A stretch of 64,000 bases of DNA, from the NCBI GenBank assembly GCA_965220085.1, contig CBDCOZ010000003.1, forward strand, positions 64,001 through 128,000, written 5' to 3'. The translations under genes and the position numbers were made by a program. The stretch is from Candidatus Oxydemutatoraceae bacterium (lineage in GTDB: Bacteria; Pseudomonadota; Gammaproteobacteria; Poriferisulfidales; Oxydemutatoraceae). The notes beneath the pieces were generated by a model. That model was not told the DNA's origin, made no database searches, and saw nothing but the letters and a program-made list of their open reading frames with translations. Positions 49,574 through 59,215 of this stretch are shown here, piece after piece (position 1 is the first letter of the stretch; the number at the start of each line of letters is the position of its first letter).

Positions 49574-50233
49574 ATGGACAGAGTGACCGAACCCGAATTG
49601 ATGGATGGCAGCGAGCAGGCGGCGGCTTATGCGCGCGCCGATTTTGAACAGCCGCATGCGATGATCGTGGCGCACCTCGCGCGCGTGTTACCCGCCGCCG
49701 CCGAATGCAAAACCGCGATGGACCTCGGTTGCGGCCCCTGCGATGTCACCGTGCGTCTGGCGCGCCTGTGCCCGCAACTGACGATCGATGCGCTGGACGG
49801 AGCGGCGGCGATGTTGCGGCTGGCGCAACAGCGGTTGCACAAAGAGCGTCTCACGCAACGCGTACGGCTAATCGAGGCGACTCTGCCGGTCGTCGCGCGC
49901 AAAAGCTATGACCTGATCGTCGCGAGCAGCCTCTTGCATCACCTGCACGAGCCGCAAGTTCTGTGGCGTGCGATACGCGACTTTGGCCGGCGCGGTTCCC
50001 GCGTGTTCGTCGCCGACCTCACCCGTCCCGCCGATGCGCAAGGCGCAGACCGCCTCGTCGCGCGCTATGCGGCGGACGAAGCGCCCGTGTTGCGGCGTGA
50101 CTTTCGCAACTCGTTGCGCGCGGCTTTCACGCCGGCGGAGGCGCGCGCGCAACTGGACGAGGCGGGCTTGTCGCAACTGGCCGTCGAAGAGATCAGCGAC
50201 CGCCATCTGATTGTTTACGGACGGCTGGATTGA
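49574..50233 (+). CDS. Class I SAM-dependent methyltransferase
   Basis: EPELMD, DLGCGP, LLHHL and DFRNSLRAAFT. Confidence 0.88.
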   Translation: MDRVTEPELMDGSEQAAAYARADFEQPHAMIVAHLARVLPAAAECKTAMDLGCGPCDVTVRLARLCPQLTIDALDGAAAMLRLAQQRLHKERLTQRVRLIEATLPVVARKSYDLIVASSLLHHLHEPQVLWRAIRDFGRRGSRVFVADLTRPADAQGADRLVARYAADEAPVLRRDFRNSLRAAFTPAEARAQLDEAGLSQLAVEEISDRHLIVYGRLD

Positions 50234-51032
50234 GCGTTTGGCGCGACCGGATGCGGGAATGCCGTATAATTTTCCAATGCCCGTTTGCTTTTCAAAGATG
50301 CAGAGTCTCGGCAACGATTTCATGATTGTCGATGCCACCGCGCAGACTTTTTCCCCGTCGCCCGAAGTCATCGCCCGCCTCGTCGCGCGCTATGCGGCGG
50401 ACGAAGCGCCCGTGTTGCGGCGTGACTTTCGCAACTCGCTGTGCGCGGCTTTCACGCCGGCGGAGGCGCGCGCGCAACTGGACGAGGCGGGCTTGTCGCA
50501 ACTGGCCGTCGCCAAGATTAGCAACCGTCATCTGATCGTTTGCGGACGGCTGGATTGAGCGCTTCGCGCGCCCGGATGCGGGAATGCCGTATAATTTTCC
50601 AATGCCCGTTCGCTTTTCAAAGATGCAGAGTCTCGGCAACGATTTCATGATCGTCGACGCCACCGCGCAGACTTTTTCCCCGTCGCCCGAAGTCATCGCC
50701 CGCCTCGTCGCGCGCTATGCGGCGGACGAAGCGCCCGTGTTGCGGCGTGACTTTCGCAACTCGCTGTGCGCGGCTTTCACGCCGCCGGAGGCGCGCGCGC
50801 AACGGGACGAGGCGGGCTTGTCGCAACTGGCCGTCGCCGAGATTAGCGACCGTCATCTGATCGTTTGCGGACGGCTGGATTGAGCGTTTGGCGCGACCGG
50901 ATGCGGGAATGCCGTATAATTTTCCAATGCCTGTTCGCTTTTCAAAGATGCAGAGTCTCGGCAACGATTTCATGATTGTCGATGCCACCGCGCAGACTTT
51001 TTCCCCGTCGCCCGAAGTCATCGCCCGCCTCG
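50050..51032 (+). repeat. 3 x 325-bp tandem repeat of the methyltransferase/dapF junction, creating two chimeric ORFs (50277-50558, 50602-50883)
   Basis: TATAAT-TTTCCA-ATG starts at 50265, 50590 and 50915. Junction microhomology CCGCCTCG. Confidence 0.92.
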
Positions 51033-51757
51033 GCGACCGCCGCACCGGCGTCGGTTTTGACCAACTGCTGATGGCGACCGAAGTCGCGCCGGATGCGTCC
51101 GAGATTTTCTGCCGCATCTTTAACGCCGACGGCGGCGAAGTGATGCAGTGCGGCAACGGTGTGCGCTGTCTTGCGCGCTTTGCCGCGGACAAGGGTTTGC
51201 TCACGGTCGGCGCACAAGGCATCGGCATAAAGACCCGGACGCGCACGACGGTTCTTGAGATGGCGGACGACGGCATGATTCGCGCGGCGATGGGACAAGC
51301 CGTGACCGCGCCCGAGCGGATTCCGTTTGCGTGCGAAGGCGATCTGATGTCTTACCCGATGGATGTCGGCGGGCGCGAGTTCAATATCGGCGTGCTCTCG
51401 TTTGGCAATCCCCACGCGGTGGTTGAAGTGGCGCGATTGGATGATATTCCGGTCGCGGACTTGGGCGCGGCGATGCAGACCCACGAATGCTTTCCGCAAG
51501 GGGTCAATGTCGAATTTATGCAATGCATCGATCGCAACACGATCGCATTGCGCATCTACGAACGCGGCGCGGGGGAGACGATGGCGTGCGGCAGCGGCGC
51601 GTGTGCCGCTGCGGTGATTGCGGTGCGCCGCAAGCGCACCGATAGCAATCTGCGGATACGCATGCCGGGCGGCGAGTTGGCGGCGGTGTGTGACGGCGAC
51701 AGCGTCGTGCTCACCGGCCCTGCGCTGTATGTGTATGACGGAAGCGTTGAGACATGA
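50927..51757 (+). CDS. dapF: Diaminopimelate epimerase
   Basis: FSKMQSLGNDF, QCGNGVRC, GNPHAV, GVNVEF and ERGAGETMACGSGACA. Confidence 0.97.
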   Translation: MPVRFSKMQSLGNDFMIVDATAQTFSPSPEVIARLGDRRTGVGFDQLLMATEVAPDASEIFCRIFNADGGEVMQCGNGVRCLARFAADKGLLTVGAQGIGIKTRTRTTVLEMADDGMIRAAMGQAVTAPERIPFACEGDLMSYPMDVGGREFNIGVLSFGNPHAVVEVARLDDIPVADLGAAMQTHECFPQGVNVEFMQCIDRNTIALRIYERGAGETMACGSGACAAAVIAVRRKRTDSNLRIRMPGGELAAVCDGDSVVLTGPALYVYDGSVET

Positions 51758-52362
51758 GCGAGAAGCAGCAGCAAGCCGATGAAGCGCGGATAGCGGAGCG
51801 CCTTGCCGCGCCCGCGGCGTATGCGTATGACGGAAGCGTTGAGACATGAGCGAGAAGCAGCAGCAAGCCGATGAAGCGCGGATAGCGGAGCGCCTCGCCG
51901 CGCCTGCGCTGTATGCGTATGACGGAAGCGCTGAGACATGAGCAAGAAGAAGCAGCAAGCCGACGAAGCGCGGATAGCGGAGCGCCTTGCCGCGCCCGCG
52001 GCGTATGCGTATGACGGAAGCGCTGAGACATGAGCGAGAAGCAGCAGCAAGCCGATGAAGCGCGGATAGCGGAGCGCCTTGCCGCGCCCGCGGCGTATGC
52101 GTATGACGGAAGCGCTGAGACATGAGCGAGAAGCAGCAGCAAGCCGGTGAAGCGCGGATAGCGGAGTACCTCGCCGCGCCCGCGCTGTATGCGTATGACG
52201 GAAGCGTTGAGACATGAGCGAGAAGCAGCAGCAAGCCGATGAAGCGCGGATAGCGGAGTACCTCGCCGCGCCTGCGCTGTATGCGTATGACGGAAGCGCT
52301 GAGACATGAGCAAGAAGAAGCAGCAAGCCGATGAAGCGCGGATAGCGGAGTACCTCGCCGCG
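51718..52362 (+). repeat. 7 x 92-bp tandem repeat of the dapF/DUF484 junction encoding six 31-aa ORFs
   Basis: ATGA overlaps at 51754, 51846, 51938, 52030, 52122, 52214 and 52306. Confidence 0.95.
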
Positions 52363-53013
52363 CATCCCGACTTCTTTGAGCGCCACCCCGAAGTGATAGA
52401 GCGCCTGAACTTGTCGCCGCAGGATGTTGTCGGCAATGTGGCGATACTCGCGGAGAAGCAAACCCGGCAGTTGCAAAATCGCCACCACAAACTCGAGACG
52501 AGTTTTAAGACGGTGGTCAAAAATGCCACCGAGAATGAGCGGCGGAGTATCTGCCTGCACCGTCTGGCGGTGCGCCTGACGATGCGCGAATACAGCGGCC
52601 GGGCGCATGTGGCGGAGAGTGCGCTGGGTGTGTTGCGCGAAGAGTTGCCGATGAATATCATCAACATTATCGGCTGCGCCGACAGCCGGGATGGCAATAG
52701 CGGGGCGGACGACCCGCGGCTACGGAGCTTGGTGACATCGCTGTTTGCCGCCAACAAACCCGATTGCGGCCCGTTTGACGCGGCGGCCAAAGCGGCCATG
52801 TTCGGCAATCTCGCAAAGCGCATCGCATCCGCTGTCGTCATGCCGCTGTCGTGCCCCGGCGGCAGCGATGGCGGTCACATCGAACGCTTGGGCGTGCTGG
52901 TTTTTGGCAACACCTCGGCGGAAAGCTTCAAGGCCGGGATGGGAACGATGTTTCTGGTGCAGTGCGCGGAATTGATTGCCGCGACGCTTGCGCGGTGTGA
53001 CGACCGGGCATGA
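52306..53013 (+). CDS. DUF484 (YigA-like) family protein
   Basis: IAEYLAAHPDFFERHP and FKAGMGTMFL. Conserved position between dapF and xerC. Confidence 0.9.
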   Translation: MSKKKQQADEARIAEYLAAHPDFFERHPEVIERLNLSPQDVVGNVAILAEKQTRQLQNRHHKLETSFKTVVKNATENERRSICLHRLAVRLTMREYSGRAHVAESALGVLREELPMNIINIIGCADSRDGNSGADDPRLRSLVTSLFAANKPDCGPFDAAAKAAMFGNLAKRIASAVVMPLSCPGGSDGGHIERLGVLVFGNTSAESFKAGMGTMFLVQCAELIAATLARCDDRA

Positions 53014-53924
53014 ACGCCGCAAGCGAAGGCGAAGAGATCTGCCGCCGCTTTCTTGACACGTTACAGGGCGCGCGCAACTATTCCGCGCATACGATCGATG
53101 CCTATCGCCGGGACATCGGACGCTTTCTGAAGTTTCTTGAGAGCGCGGGCGTCGCCTTTCGCCACATCGGCGAGTCGGCGGTGCGCGAGTATGTTTCCAA
53201 CCGCTATCTGGCGGGCATCAAGGCGCGCAGCTTGCAGCGCGAGCTGTCGGCGATCAGACAATTCTTTGATTACTGCAAGCAAAAGGGAATCGTCAAAGAC
53301 AATGTCGTGGCGGATGTCAAAGCCCCGCGCGGGGAGAAGCATTTGCCCGCGACATTGACGGTCGATCAGGTGGCGCACTTGCTCGATGCGCCGGACTCCG
53401 ACGACCCCCTGGTCATTCGCGATCACGCGATGACGGAATTGATTTACTCAGCGGGCTTGCGCCTGTCGGAGTTGGTCGCCGCCGATCTCATCGACATGGA
53501 TTTGGCGCAGGGTTCTATGCGGGTGATCGGCAAAGGCTCCAAGGAGCGCGAGACCCTGATCGGTCGGCGCGCGAAAGAATCTTTGCAAAGATGGTTTCCC
53601 GAACGCGCTAAGCTCGCCGCGGCGGATGAGGCCGCGGTGTTCGTCGGCCGCCACGGCGCCCGCATGAGCGCGCGCAATGTTCAGATGCGCCTGCGACAGT
53701 TCGCCCGCCGTCGCGGGCTGCCGCAACACCTGCACCCGCACATGTTGCGCCATTCGTTTGCCAGCCACCTGCTACAGTCGTCGGGCGACTTGCGGGCGGT
53801 GCAGGAATTGCTCGGCCACGCCGACATCAGCACGACCCAGATTTACACCCATCTGGATTTTCAACACCTCGCTAAGGTTTACGACAAGGCACACCCGCGC
53901 GCGCACAAGAAACCGAAATCCTGA
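53010..53924 (+). CDS. xerC: Tyrosine recombinase XerC
   Basis: YSAGLRLSEL, GKGSKER, HPHMLRHSFASHLL and LGHADISTTQIYTHLDFQHL. dapF-yigA-xerC synteny. Confidence 0.96.
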   Translation: MNAASEGEEICRRFLDTLQGARNYSAHTIDAYRRDIGRFLKFLESAGVAFRHIGESAVREYVSNRYLAGIKARSLQRELSAIRQFFDYCKQKGIVKDNVVADVKAPRGEKHLPATLTVDQVAHLLDAPDSDDPLVIRDHAMTELIYSAGLRLSELVAADLIDMDLAQGSMRVIGKGSKERETLIGRRAKESLQRWFPERAKLAAADEAAVFVGRHGARMSARNVQMRLRQFARRRGLPQHLHPHMLRHSFASHLLQSSGDLRAVQELLGHADISTTQIYTHLDFQHLAKVYDKAHPRAHKKPKS

Positions 53925-54074
53925 CACAGTGCTTGCGGGGGAGGTGATTTGTGTCAACGCGGAATCTTATGATGCAGGGCTACAATAGAGGTTGGTCTTT
54001 TTAACATTTTCCGACATAGGGAGGCGCGAGAGATTTAATACGGCGTAATACAGAAAATCCTTTATAATGACGCC

Positions 54075-54434
54075 ATGCATCCTGTTTCCCCCATTGCTAC
54101 TCTTCCGTCGTTGTCCCTCACGGGGCGGAGGCTGTTGCGTTTGTTGAAAGGCGACTTGAACTTTCACGGCACAAACGGGAAGTTTTCCTCGCATGGCTGG
54201 CATTCGTTTCCGGCGAAGTTTCCTCCGCAATTGCCTGGGATTTTCATTGAGGAATTGACCCGTCCCGGCGACCTTGTTTTAGATCCGATGATGGGTTCTG
54301 GCACGACTCTGGTGGAAGCGGTTCGTCAAGGCCGGCAGGCAGCGGGATGTGATATTGACCCTCTTGCTATTCTCATCGCCGGAGCGAAACTGTCGCCCGT
54401 CCCCGTCGCCAAAGCGGTGGGAAAGGGGGCGTGA
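54075..54434 (+). pseudogene. Truncated N4/N6 DNA methyltransferase (N-terminal part)
   Basis: HGWHSFPAKFPPQL and VLDPMMGSGTTL. No catalytic motif IV before the stop. Confidence 0.75.
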
Positions 54435-55478
54435 ATGGCCCGCCTTGACATCAGCGAAGCGCAAATTGAAGGCGCGTTTGTCGGGAACCTGGACCTGCTG
54501 GCAAAACGCCTGAAAACCGCCCATCCGCTCAAACTCATCGCCCGCCAATTCCCCATGAAAGGCGGCGACCAGCGGCTGGACATGCTCTTGACTTGCGGAA
54601 AGCGCCTCGCCCTCGTTGAACTGAAAGTCGGGGTTTTCTCGGACAAGCATTTGTAGCAAACGCTGCAATATCGGGAATCCCTGCGAGAAATGCAGGCGGC
54701 GGAGGAATTGCCGATGGGCGTCATCGACGCCTATCTGCTGGTCACGGCGGCGGGTTCCCCGCAAATCAATTCGGCGGCAAGGCAGGGCGTGCAGGTCGTT
54801 GCATACGACCCGCTGGAAGTGATGAGCGAGTACTTTCAGCGGATGACCTCGCTTTCGCGGTTCCTGCAAATCAAGCCCAAGGATTACGGGGCTTACAGTC
54901 TCACGCGCATTGCCAACATTGCGCGCACAATGGTGGACGGCAACACCTCCATGTCCGACATCGCCGCCGCAATTTCCCTCGACAAAGTCACCGTTTATCA
55001 CATTCTGTCCGGAGCGGCGGACTTTGGCATCGTCCGCCAAAAGGGGGAGCATTGGTTCCTCACCGACTTTGGCGACGCCTTTGTTTCCGAGCAGGAAAGC
55101 CCGGGGATTCTTTCGCACAAGCAAACCGAAATGGTTCGGGAGTTTGTCTCCAAGCATCCGTTTCATTCGCCGACCGCGTTTGGCGTTTCCGCCGTTGTGG
55201 AGTGCGCGTTTTTGCTGGCGCGCAATTCCTATCCGGTGGATGTTGACGACCTGAACAAAAATTTTCGGATGGTCGGGGGCAAGATGAATGAATGGCAGGA
55301 CAATGTCCTCGGGCGGCGAACCCGCGCGTTTGTGCGCTTTGCCTTGGAGTTGGACCTGCTGGGGCGAATTGGGAAAAAGGTGGTGATTACGCCCGCCGGA
55401 TTCCGATTCGTCCTGATGATGCAGTTGCACAAGGGAATAGAAATGATTGAAGGCCTGTCCTTTCAGGAGGACGCGTAA
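54435..55478 (+). pseudogene. PD-(D/E)xK (NucS-like) nuclease domain protein with in-frame TAG at 54654-54656
   Basis: RQF...RLDML...LVELK...QTLQY. Both ORF pieces are in the same frame. Confidence 0.65.
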
Positions 55479-55493
55479 AACAGGAGGCGACAA

Positions 55494-56303
55494 ATGTCGA
55501 GCACATGGAAAACGGAAAGCGCCGCTTTGGGCGGCGGGGTTTGGATTCTCTCGCGCATGGGGCAAGAGTTCCCCGCCGAGCGCGTCATTGCGGGCGTTGC
55601 GGCGGAATTGGAAATGGTCCAGCGGCAAGGCGCGGACGCTTGGGGGAAATTCGGCGACGGCGTTATTGAAATGCCGCGTCCGGATTCCGCGTTGTCGGTT
55701 GTCTCCCGGACCCGCAGTCCGGCGCTGTTCCGGCGCGTGATTCGGTTTTGCCGAATGGAAAAGCGCAGGGTGTTTTTGCAAGCGGTCGCCGCCGAGGCCC
55801 GGAGCGTTGCGATTCCGGCGGAAAACCGGGGGAGGTTGTTGCGGGCGGCGAAGCGGTTGGAGTTGGCGGATGATGAATCCGGCAAGCGCGATTTGCGCGA
55901 ATGCCTGACGGCGATATTTTCGGCGAAAGCGGGGGAGATTGCCGATTTGGTTTTTCGGGGCGACGACGAAGCCAACGCCGCCATCGGAGATGATGTCGCC
56001 GATTTGTTTGGGGTTCTGTCCCCCGCCGCGGGTTGCGCCGTGAATTTCTGCAACCTGATTTGGTGGAAACAGGAATACGGCGTGTCGACAATTGTTCCCG
56101 ATTCTCTGCGACGGGAAATACGCGACGCGCGGAAAATGGGGGAGGATTTGTATCTGGTGCGCGCGCCGTTCGCAAAACGCCCGGACGGAGGGGTTAAATC
56201 TGATTCGCAACCGCAAGGGCAAAACGCCGCACATTGTTATTGTGACCGGCGAACCAATGCCGGCCCGGTTGGCTTCGCTGGCACTGGGGACGGGCGACAT
56301 TGA
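55494..56303 (+). CDS. Hypothetical protein, probably 3'-truncated and running into the NgoMIV-like remnant
   Basis: RBS AGGAGG, 269-aa ORF, no recognised motif. Confidence 0.45.
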   Translation: MSSTWKTESAALGGGVWILSRMGQEFPAERVIAGVAAELEMVQRQGADAWGKFGDGVIEMPRPDSALSVVSRTRSPALFRRVIRFCRMEKRRVFLQAVAAEARSVAIPAENRGRLLRAAKRLELADDESGKRDLRECLTAIFSAKAGEIADLVFRGDDEANAAIGDDVADLFGVLSPAAGCAVNFCNLIWWKQEYGVSTIVPDSLRREIRDARKMGEDLYLVRAPFAKRPDGGVKSDSQPQGQNAAHCYCDRRTNAGPVGFAGTGDGRH

Positions 56304-56442
56304 CTGCGTTTACCACTTTGCATTGCGCGAGTTGCGGGCGGCGGCAAAGCAAGAACCGGATGGTAGCGACATGCTAGATATTTTGGTGTCTGGGCGGCGG
56401 TTGCGCGACATTAGCGATTTGCCGTTTGACTTGGCAATCTGA
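56180..56442 (+). pseudogene. C-terminal remnant of an NgoMIV-family type II restriction endonuclease
   Basis: LNLIRNRKGKTPHIVIVTGEPMPARLASLALGTGDIDCVYHFAL...RRLRDISDLPFDLAI. Confidence 0.8.
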
Positions 56443-56444
56443 CT

Positions 56445-57453
56445 CTACCCGCCTTTAGGCTGGCTTTTGCCCGAAATGCAGTGCTCCGCTATTTTTTCCA
56501 TAATGCTGTCTAGTTCTCGGTCAACGCCATCTATGGCTGCCATCCGAATGCCTTCTGAAAAATGCTCCATATGTAACGGAACTGCTCTTTCCATAACATA
56601 ATCAATCTTTCCGCAGTTAACAAGGGCAGTCTCCTTTCCTGTTAGCAGGACGACAAAAAAGATGAAGTCGGGAAAATCTACGAATCCAGTATATTCAAGG
56701 ACAATCGGCAAGTCTGGGCGAGCAATGTGCGCCCTCCGAAGATGCATGTCCGCGCCATCCCGGCGGAAAAAAAGTCACGGGGACATATGACATTTCCACC
56801 TTGGTTTCAGGGGGATACCGATTGAAGTTCTCCTCTTGCTTGTTCAAGAGTTGTTTCATCGTGCGGACTTTGGTGTCATTCTTGTGCCACATGTTGATAT
56901 ACATATAGTCTTGGGATGCTATGGATACCTCTAATAAATCAAGAGGGGTGCCTCGCTGATACAGGTATGCCAAAGGAGCGCTGGACATGTCGCCAAGCCT
57001 GTCCCTGTTGTCAACCACCCATCCAAACGGGGCGGTTAAGAGAACACCATGCGAATCCACATAAGGGAATCCCCATTTGGATTGAAACATCCACAGATTA
57101 ATGGGATCCGTGGTAAGGATGTCCAACTCAATGCCCTGCCTCTCGCTCTGGGCCCTCTTCAAGGCACCGGAAGTGTAGCCCACATTCGTTACGAGAATGC
57201 CCCTGTCGGCGCGGACATCGCGCACCAGCCCGGCGAATGATTCCACAACCCCGACATTCACTTTGCGGTTGAAGTATTTTCCGTCCACAACGATGTTGAC
57301 CGTTCGTCCGGCCGCCCGATCCCGAATGAGCACATCAATTTGTCGCCTTGCGCCGGACTTCCCTTCCAATTTTTGGTTCCGGAGAACCTGCGCTTCGGGA
57401 AATAACATGCGAAATTCGGCATGAATTTCTCGCTCGTATTCCTTCCAGTTCAT
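56445..57453 (-). pseudogene. Mrr-like restriction endonuclease, likely frameshifted near 56750
   Basis: WKEYE...RQIDVLI...VDGKYF...VESF...GILVTNVGYT. Continues in a second ORF at 56445-56747. Confidence 0.65.
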
Positions 57454-57893
57454 TGTGTTTATTCACCTCACGACTCCCGCCATACGGACAGGATGGATAT
57501 TGACTACATTTTTCTTTTCCGCTATTTTTGAAAAGAGTCTTCCTTTGATTCAAAGCAACAAACAGGATGAGCAAGATAATTTTCGCCCGCCTCACCTGCT
57601 GAAATTATGCCATACTCTCTCCTAAAAAAATTGCACTCGGCGGCAAAAAGCAGGTGCAGTTCCGCTCTTCTGCCGTAAACTTCCGTGTCCGCAGATGATT
57701 GCCCCGCGCGAATTGCGGGAAGAAATTTAAAAGTGGCTCGTTCCGGTCGCTGGTGCGGAAGCGTTTGCCTTCGGCGGTTTCGCGCTCAATTACAACGCTA
57801 ACCGGCTCGTCGCTACCATCGCCCGACGGGGCATTCGTCAAGCGAGGCGGCATGCTGTTAGAATAACACATCCGCCATGCGGATACGGAGATT

Positions 57894-58268
57894 ATGGAAA
57901 CGCGCATCAAACCGACCGAAATACATTTGCACCAGGCTTCAAGGGCGCTTGAAATCGCTTTTGAAGACGGTAAAAACTTCAAGATGAGTTGTGAGTACCT
58001 GCGCGTGTATTCGCCGTCCGCCGAGGTAGCGGGGCACGGCCCGGGGCAGGAAGTGTTGCAGGTCGGCAAGGAGGATGTCAATATTTCCGCGATTGAACCG
58101 GTCGGTAATTATGCGGTCAAACTCGTGTTTGACGACGGCCATAGCAGCGGTATATACGCATGGAATTATCTCTACTCGCTCGGTGCAAACTATGAGGAAA
58201 ACTGGCAACGCTATTTGCAGCGCCTGAAAGAAAGCGGCCATGAGCGCCGCACCGATCGTCTCAACTGA
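57894..58268 (+). CDS. DUF971 / GBBH-like N-terminal domain protein
   Basis: EYLRVYSPSAEV and PVGNYAVKLVFDDGHSSGIYAW. Confidence 0.92.
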   Translation: METRIKPTEIHLHQASRALEIAFEDGKNFKMSCEYLRVYSPSAEVAGHGPGQEVLQVGKEDVNISAIEPVGNYAVKLVFDDGHSSGIYAWNYLYSLGANYEENWQRYLQRLKESGHERRTDRLN

Positions 58269-58270
58269 GA

Positions 58271-59179
58271 ATGAGCGCGCTGTGGGTTCCCATCTCACTG
58301 CTGGCGGCGTGCATGCAGGTCGCGCGAACCGGCTTGCAGAAGTCACTGAAAGCGGACTTGGACGACTGGTCTGTAACATGGGTGCGAAGCGGATTCGCGC
58401 TGCCTTTGGCGGGGTTGTATGCTTTGGCAGCGGAGGTTTCGGGCTTTGGTGTCTCGCCGCCCGCTGCCGGGTTCTGGATGTGGTGCGCGTTGTCGGCGTT
58501 GGCGCAAGTGATTGCAACGGCGGTGCTGGTAGCGCTTTTTTCGCGCAGGAACTTCGCGGTTAGTACGGCGTTTTCAAAGACAGAGGCCCCTCAGATTGCG
58601 TTGTTTGGATTTTTGCTTTTTGGCGAAAGTGTTTCCGGTTTGGGCGCATTGGCAATCGTTTTGGGATTTTGCGGCGTGTTACTGATGATGGTCGGCGGCG
58701 GTTTGGCGCGGGGATATCTGCGGGACATGGACGGGCGGGAATGCCTAACCGCATGCGCGCAGGGTCTGGCAGCGGGATTCTTTTTTGCCTTGACAGCGCT
58801 TTTCATTCTGTGCGCATATGACACGCTGGACGGCAATGCATTCGGCGCGTCGGCTGTGACCTTGCTGGCGGTGATCGCGATGCAGACAGTCGGCTTGGGC
58901 GCGGTACTTTTGTTTTTCCGCCGCGGCGCTTTCGGGCGGATATGGGCGGTACGAAGGCGGTGCTTTGCGGTGGGATTGACGAGCGTGTTGGGTTCGGCGT
59001 GTTGGTTTGCCGCTTTCGCCTTGACGCATCCGGCATATGTGAAAACCTTGGCGCAGGTGGAGCTACCGCTGGCGTGGTTAGTCGGGCGGCGGGCGTTTCG
59101 GGAGCATCCGGACAGCTTTGAACTTGCGGGTATGGCGCTGGTAGGGGCGGGCGCGGTCGCGGCGGCTTTTGCCGGATAG
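58271..59179 (+). CDS. DMT/EamA family transporter
   Basis: About 10 hydrophobic segments, RNFAVSTAFSKTE and YVKTLAQVEL. Confidence 0.85.
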   Translation: MSALWVPISLLAACMQVARTGLQKSLKADLDDWSVTWVRSGFALPLAGLYALAAEVSGFGVSPPAAGFWMWCALSALAQVIATAVLVALFSRRNFAVSTAFSKTEAPQIALFGFLLFGESVSGLGALAIVLGFCGVLLMMVGGGLARGYLRDMDGRECLTACAQGLAAGFFFALTALFILCAYDTLDGNAFGASAVTLLAVIAMQTVGLGAVLLFFRRGAFGRIWAVRRRCFAVGLTSVLGSACWFAAFALTHPAYVKTLAQVELPLAWLVGRRAFREHPDSFELAGMALVGAGAVAAAFAG

Positions 59180-59215
59180 CGCGAGCGGCTACAATGTCGT
59201 CAAAAGAGGAGAGCA

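Noticed and set aside
51718-52362. 92-bp array as a CRISPR array
   Set aside because: The whole unit repeats with no unique spacers, it derives from the flanking gene ends, and no cas genes are present.
50942-52841. Three long repetitive minus-strand ORFs
   Set aside because: Produced by the stop-free reverse complement of the 92-bp array overlapping dapF and DUF484.
54279-56300. 673-aa minus-strand ORF
   Set aside because: Antisense shadow of plus-strand genes that have RBSs and recognisable motifs. It has no motifs of its own.
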